Below, piece by piece: positions 60,550 to 64,000 of a DNA stretch of 64,000 nt. The notes under the pieces were generated by a model, which made no database searches, was not told the origin of the DNA, and worked only from the letters and a program-made list of their open reading frames with translations. The position numbers and the translations under genes are program-made. Source of the DNA: Styela clava (Eukaryota); assembly GCF_964204865.1 (NCBI RefSeq), contig NC_135253.1:23312001-23376000 (forward strand), read 5' to 3'. Numbering within the stretch: position 1 is the first letter of the stretch; the number at the start of each line of letters is the position of its first letter.

Positions 60550-63500
60550 ATGGATACTTTGAGTTTAGTTTCACTCAATGTTAACGGACTGAACTCAAAT
60601 AGACACAGGTTAGGCCTCTGGATACGGAGACACCAACCTGGAATAATTTCCTTGCAACAAGTACACCGTTGCAAAAAAGACGAGATTGATTCCTGGGCAG
60701 CCGACCTGGGATACACCGCACACCTCAATACCATCCACCATGAGGTCACCTCGATGAAATATTTCAGAGCTGGGACTGGAATTCTAGTTAAAAATAACAT
60801 CCCCTGTACCATTCTATCGTACAAGGTTTTAATTCCATACAGGCTCGGCCGTCTGGACTTTTTTTTCAATAGTAGCATTACATGCTTAATGAATGCTTAT
60901 GTCCCTTCGGTTCGGGGCTGTACTCAGACTGACTTCATGGTGAGGATGTGCGGTGTGTTTCAGACCCTAGACCCCCTGGACCCACTTATAATTTTAGGGG
61001 ATTTTAATGCCGTCTTGGATGAGCGTGATGTTCTAATTAAACAGAACTTCGGGCTCACCAAGGCGGAAAAAATACTTGGATCCTCTTTAAAATCTCTTGG
61101 TATGATTGATATCTTCCGCCAAAAACATCCGGCTGGTCAGGTATATACCTGCAAAGTAGATACACAGGCGCGTAGGATTGATCGAATTTATATCTCCGAT
61201 CACTACGCGGCCTGTGTGAAAGATATCTATCATATAATAAATACAGCTTCAGATCACACCCTTGCTCCAGCCCTAGTCTTGAAATCCACCTTGAAAAAGG
61301 TGGATGGAAAGGCTAGACCGAAATCTTCAACGAAGATTAGATGGGGCAAGGGTGCCTGGAGAAATAACACCTCTTTATATAGTGATCCAGAATATCGGGA
61401 AATAATAATTAATAGTTATAAAAATCTTGTTCACCGCATGGAAGAATTTTCATATATTCAAGATTGGTGGGATTTCACTAAAAATAGTATTAAAAAGAGT
61501 AGCATTGCTTTTTCCATCTATAAAGCAGATTTACATAGAAAGAAAAAGGACCATCTGGACTTTTTAATTAGAGATGGACAACATCATGCGGAAATATTAA
61601 ATTTAAGAAAGGAACTTCTTCTTCACGAGTCAAAAAAATTAGAATTTATCAAATTAAAAGCACGTATTCAAGGGATGGAAGAGGGTGAAGAGCCCACCAA
61701 AATCTTCTATCAGAAACTTAAAAAAAGAGATCAGGACACCATAATTACACAACTTAAGGATAAATTCGGACAAATTAAAGAAAAACCGGAGGAAATAATT
61801 AGTATAGTCCATGACTTTTATAAGGATCTCTGGGGAACCACATCAGATATTGATGTGGCAACTCAGGATGAACTTATAAAAGTCATGGAAACCACTCAGT
61901 TATCGAGTGATGATAACGGCCTAATTGAAAATGGAACTACTGAGGAAGAAGTCTTTTCTATAATAAAAAATATGGACAATGGCAAGTCGCCGGGTCTCGA
62001 CGGCTTGTCTAAGGAATTTTACTTAGCGTTCTGGACCCTAATCAAAAAAGAACTCATAATTATAATTAATAACGTTTTATTTTCTGGCATACTGCCAGCA
62101 TCATCAAAAGTAGCAAGAGTTAAACTAATTTATAAGAAATCCGACGCTTTAGATTTGAAAAATTGGCGTCCGATTTCAAATCTAAACGTCGATTATAAAA
62201 TCATCACAAAACTTCTTTCTAGGCGCCTTTTAAATTCCTTCTCTGGCATAATTAGTCCGACCCAGAAAAGTACCATTCTGGGTCGGTCTATCTTTGATGT
62301 GCATTATAATATCACAAGTGCACTCAATTATGCCAAATACACTAATAGTCCGTATTTCATTGTTTCCATTGATAATCTCAAGGCGTTTGACATGGTTAAT
62401 CATAATTATCTTTTGAGACTTCTCGAAAGCATTAACCTATGTCCAAGCGCCTTGAGATTGATAAAATCCATTTACACCGGCATTACCAGCATCATTGAGG
62501 TAAATGGGGCCTTCACCAAAAAAATTAACATACTGAGAGGCATCCGTCAAGGGTGTCCTCTTAGTATGTTACTCTACACCATCAATGTGGAGCCCCTCAG
62601 CCGATGTGTAATCAATAATAAATTAATAAAAGGTATTCGTATTGGTAATTTCACCCACAAATTGGATCAGTATGCGGACGACGCAACTTTTGTTGTGTCG
62701 GACGCATACTCGATTGATGCTATTTTTAATAACTTGGAGCTCTTTCGTCTAGCCACAGGGCAGCGGATCAACAGAGAAAAAACCTCCATCCTCTGTACTA
62801 ATGATAGGGCGAAGGAGATTCTATCTTTTTTCCCCTATCATAGATACATAAAGGACCATATTAAAATCCTTGGAATCTACTTCGGTGAAAACCAAATTAA
62901 TATAACTTGGAGCGAGAAGGTCTCCAAGATCGAACAAATAATTAATTTTAATCGGTCTAGATCCCTATCCTGGTACGGCAAGATCTTGGTTATCAATTCC
63001 TTGATCTTGTCTCAGGTTATTTTTAGCGCGAGGTCGGTCCCCATACCACCTCCTGTCATAAAATATATTGATCGCAAGATCTTCTCTTACCTCTGGATCT
63101 CTGAGCCTATGGAAGTATTGGGCCGGCGGATCCTCCGGAACGGTAAATCTATAGGTGGAATGGGTGTTCCCTGTCTTAACACCAAGATAGTTGCTTGCCA
63201 GGCTGAACGTTTCCAACAACTGGCCTCTCTTGTTAATCCCACACAATTGTGGCATAGAGAGGCCCAGTTCAGCCTTGGCAGTAAAATAATCCAGGTTAAT
63301 CCTGGTTTGTTTAGCAACTCGATACCCCATTCCATCACCGTTCCGGAATCATGGCTGAAAGCCTTCAACACATTTCGTGTTTTGGGGGCTAAAGGCCATG
63401 ATTGGGATTCTGCCGGTCTAGCTTCCATATATAGGACCCTCATGAGTGAAAGAGAAGAAACTCCTCCATCTAATATTAACTGGGAGCGTGTCCACCTTTT

Positions 63501-64000
63501 GGACCGCTCCCTCAGGATTCATTTTAGTAACCCCGAAAGGGAAATTTCTTTCAGGACCGTCCGAAACGGGTTCTTATTTGGACAACGTCGGGCGGGAACC
63601 GGTTTTAAATACCATAAATTAAATAACCGGCTGCTTAAACTTACTTGTAAGTTTTGTCGCCATGGAGTGGATAACACTCAACATCTCTTTTTAGAATGCA
63701 AGCCCTGCCTAAGCATGGCATCCGAATTATCCAGAATCTTAAATAAAATCTGTTCGAGTCCTGTAAGTGTTTGTATGGATGATATATTCTACAACACTTA
63801 CAGTGATAACCATACTCTCGCGGTCTTGAAAATTTTTCAAATTTTCAAGGTTTTTGTGATTAAAACAAAAAAGATTCTGGATAAGGAAGACCGCTATGCG
63901 AAGGAGGGCGACGCGAATAATATAATAAAATCAGTTATTACTGATTTTAACGAACATCTTCTGGCACGTGAGTTAAAGTATGGGGACGTGACCATCTATG
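60550..64000 (+). CDS. A1 ORF2 (3'-partial; stop outside window)
   Basis: ATGGATACTTTGAG at 60550; colinear with 3223-6673; missing from the ORF track only because it has no stop in the window. Confidence 0.93.
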   Translation, partial: MDTLSLVSLNVNGLNSNRHRLGLWIRRHQPGIISLQQVHRCKKDEIDSWAADLGYTAHLNTIHHEVTSMKYFRAGTGILVKNNIPCTILSYKVLIPYRLGRLDFFFNSSITCLMNAYVPSVRGCTQTDFMVRMCGVFQTLDPLDPLIILGDFNAVLDERDVLIKQNFGLTKAEKILGSSLKSLGMIDIFRQKHPAGQVYTCKVDTQARRIDRIYISDHYAACVKDIYHIINTASDHTLAPALVLKSTLKKVDGKARPKSSTKIRWGKGAWRNNTSLYSDPEYREIIINSYKNLVHRMEEFSYIQDWWDFTKNSIKKSSIAFSIYKADLHRKKKDHLDFLIRDGQHHAEILNLRKELLLHESKKLEFIKLKARIQGMEEGEEPTKIFYQKLKKRDQDTIITQLKDKFGQIKEKPEEIISIVHDFYKDLWGTTSDIDVATQDELIKVMETTQLSSDDNGLIENGTTEEEVFSIIKNMDNGKSPGLDGLSKEFYLAFWTLIKKELIIIINNVLFSGILPASSKVARVKLIYKKSDALDLKNWRPISNLNVDYKIITKLLSRRLLNSFSGIISPTQKSTILGRSIFDVHYNITSALNYAKYTNSPYFIVSIDNLKAFDMVNHNYLLRLLESINLCPSALRLIKSIYTGITSIIEVNGAFTKKINILRGIRQGCPLSMLLYTINVEPLSRCVINNKLIKGIRIGNFTHKLDQYADDATFVVSDAYSIDAIFNNLELFRLATGQRINREKTSILCTNDRAKEILSFFPYHRYIKDHIKILGIYFGENQINITWSEKVSKIEQIINFNRSRSLSWYGKILVINSLILSQVIFSARSVPIPPPVIKYIDRKIFSYLWISEPMEVLGRRILRNGKSIGGMGVPCLNTKIVACQAERFQQLASLVNPTQLWHREAQFSLGSKIIQVNPGLFSNSIPHSITVPESWLKAFNTFRVLGAKGHDWDSAGLASIYRTLMSEREETPPSNINWERVHLLDRSLRIHFSNPEREISFRTVRNGFLFGQRRAGTGFKYHKLNNRLLKLTCKFCRHGVDNTQHLFLECKPCLSMASELSRILNKICSSPVSVCMDDIFYNTYSDNHTLAVLKIFQIFKVFVIKTKKILDKEDRYAKEGDANNIIKSVITDFNEHLLARELKYGDVTIY

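Larger units (their letters stand above)
58625..64000 (+). mobile_element. A1 element, runs off the window end
   Basis: 5' UTR, ORF1 and ORF2 match the other A1 copies. Confidence 0.95.

Overview
Eukaryotic DNA, probably ascidian/tunicate (inferred from the leader sequence). The window is a tandem array of short spliced-leader (SL) RNA genes packed with site-specific non-LTR retrotransposons. The array is an 840-bp trimer of three SL variants, called alpha, beta and gamma here. Each has a 24-nt exon ATCATT...TAAG, a GTAAG donor, a small hairpin, and a promoter block at -38..-17. I count 21 uninterrupted SL genes. There are 15 retroelement copies, all on the + strand and co-oriented with the SL genes. 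Every visible poly(A) junction lies at the SL splice donor or within 5 nt of it. The elements form two Tx1-like (L1-group, APE+RT) lineages. Lineage A has A1 x4, A2 x1 and one ORF1-only derivative N2. Lineage B has B1, B2 and seven copies of an ORF1-only derivative N1. The fine structure is the most interesting part. (1) Element 5' ends are antisense to the SL exon/donor they sit behind. (2) Junction chimeras suggest A1 RNA starts with the SL exon, implying transcription from the SL promoter. (3) Lineage B 3' ends are closed by a box C/D kink-turn, with a second K-turn in B1/B2. (4) Lineage A 3' ends display twin U1-complementary 5' splice sites in a hairpin loop. (5) The lineage A endonuclease has Gln at the usual catalytic Glu. 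Family names are my own labels, coordinates were read by eye, and no database search was possible.
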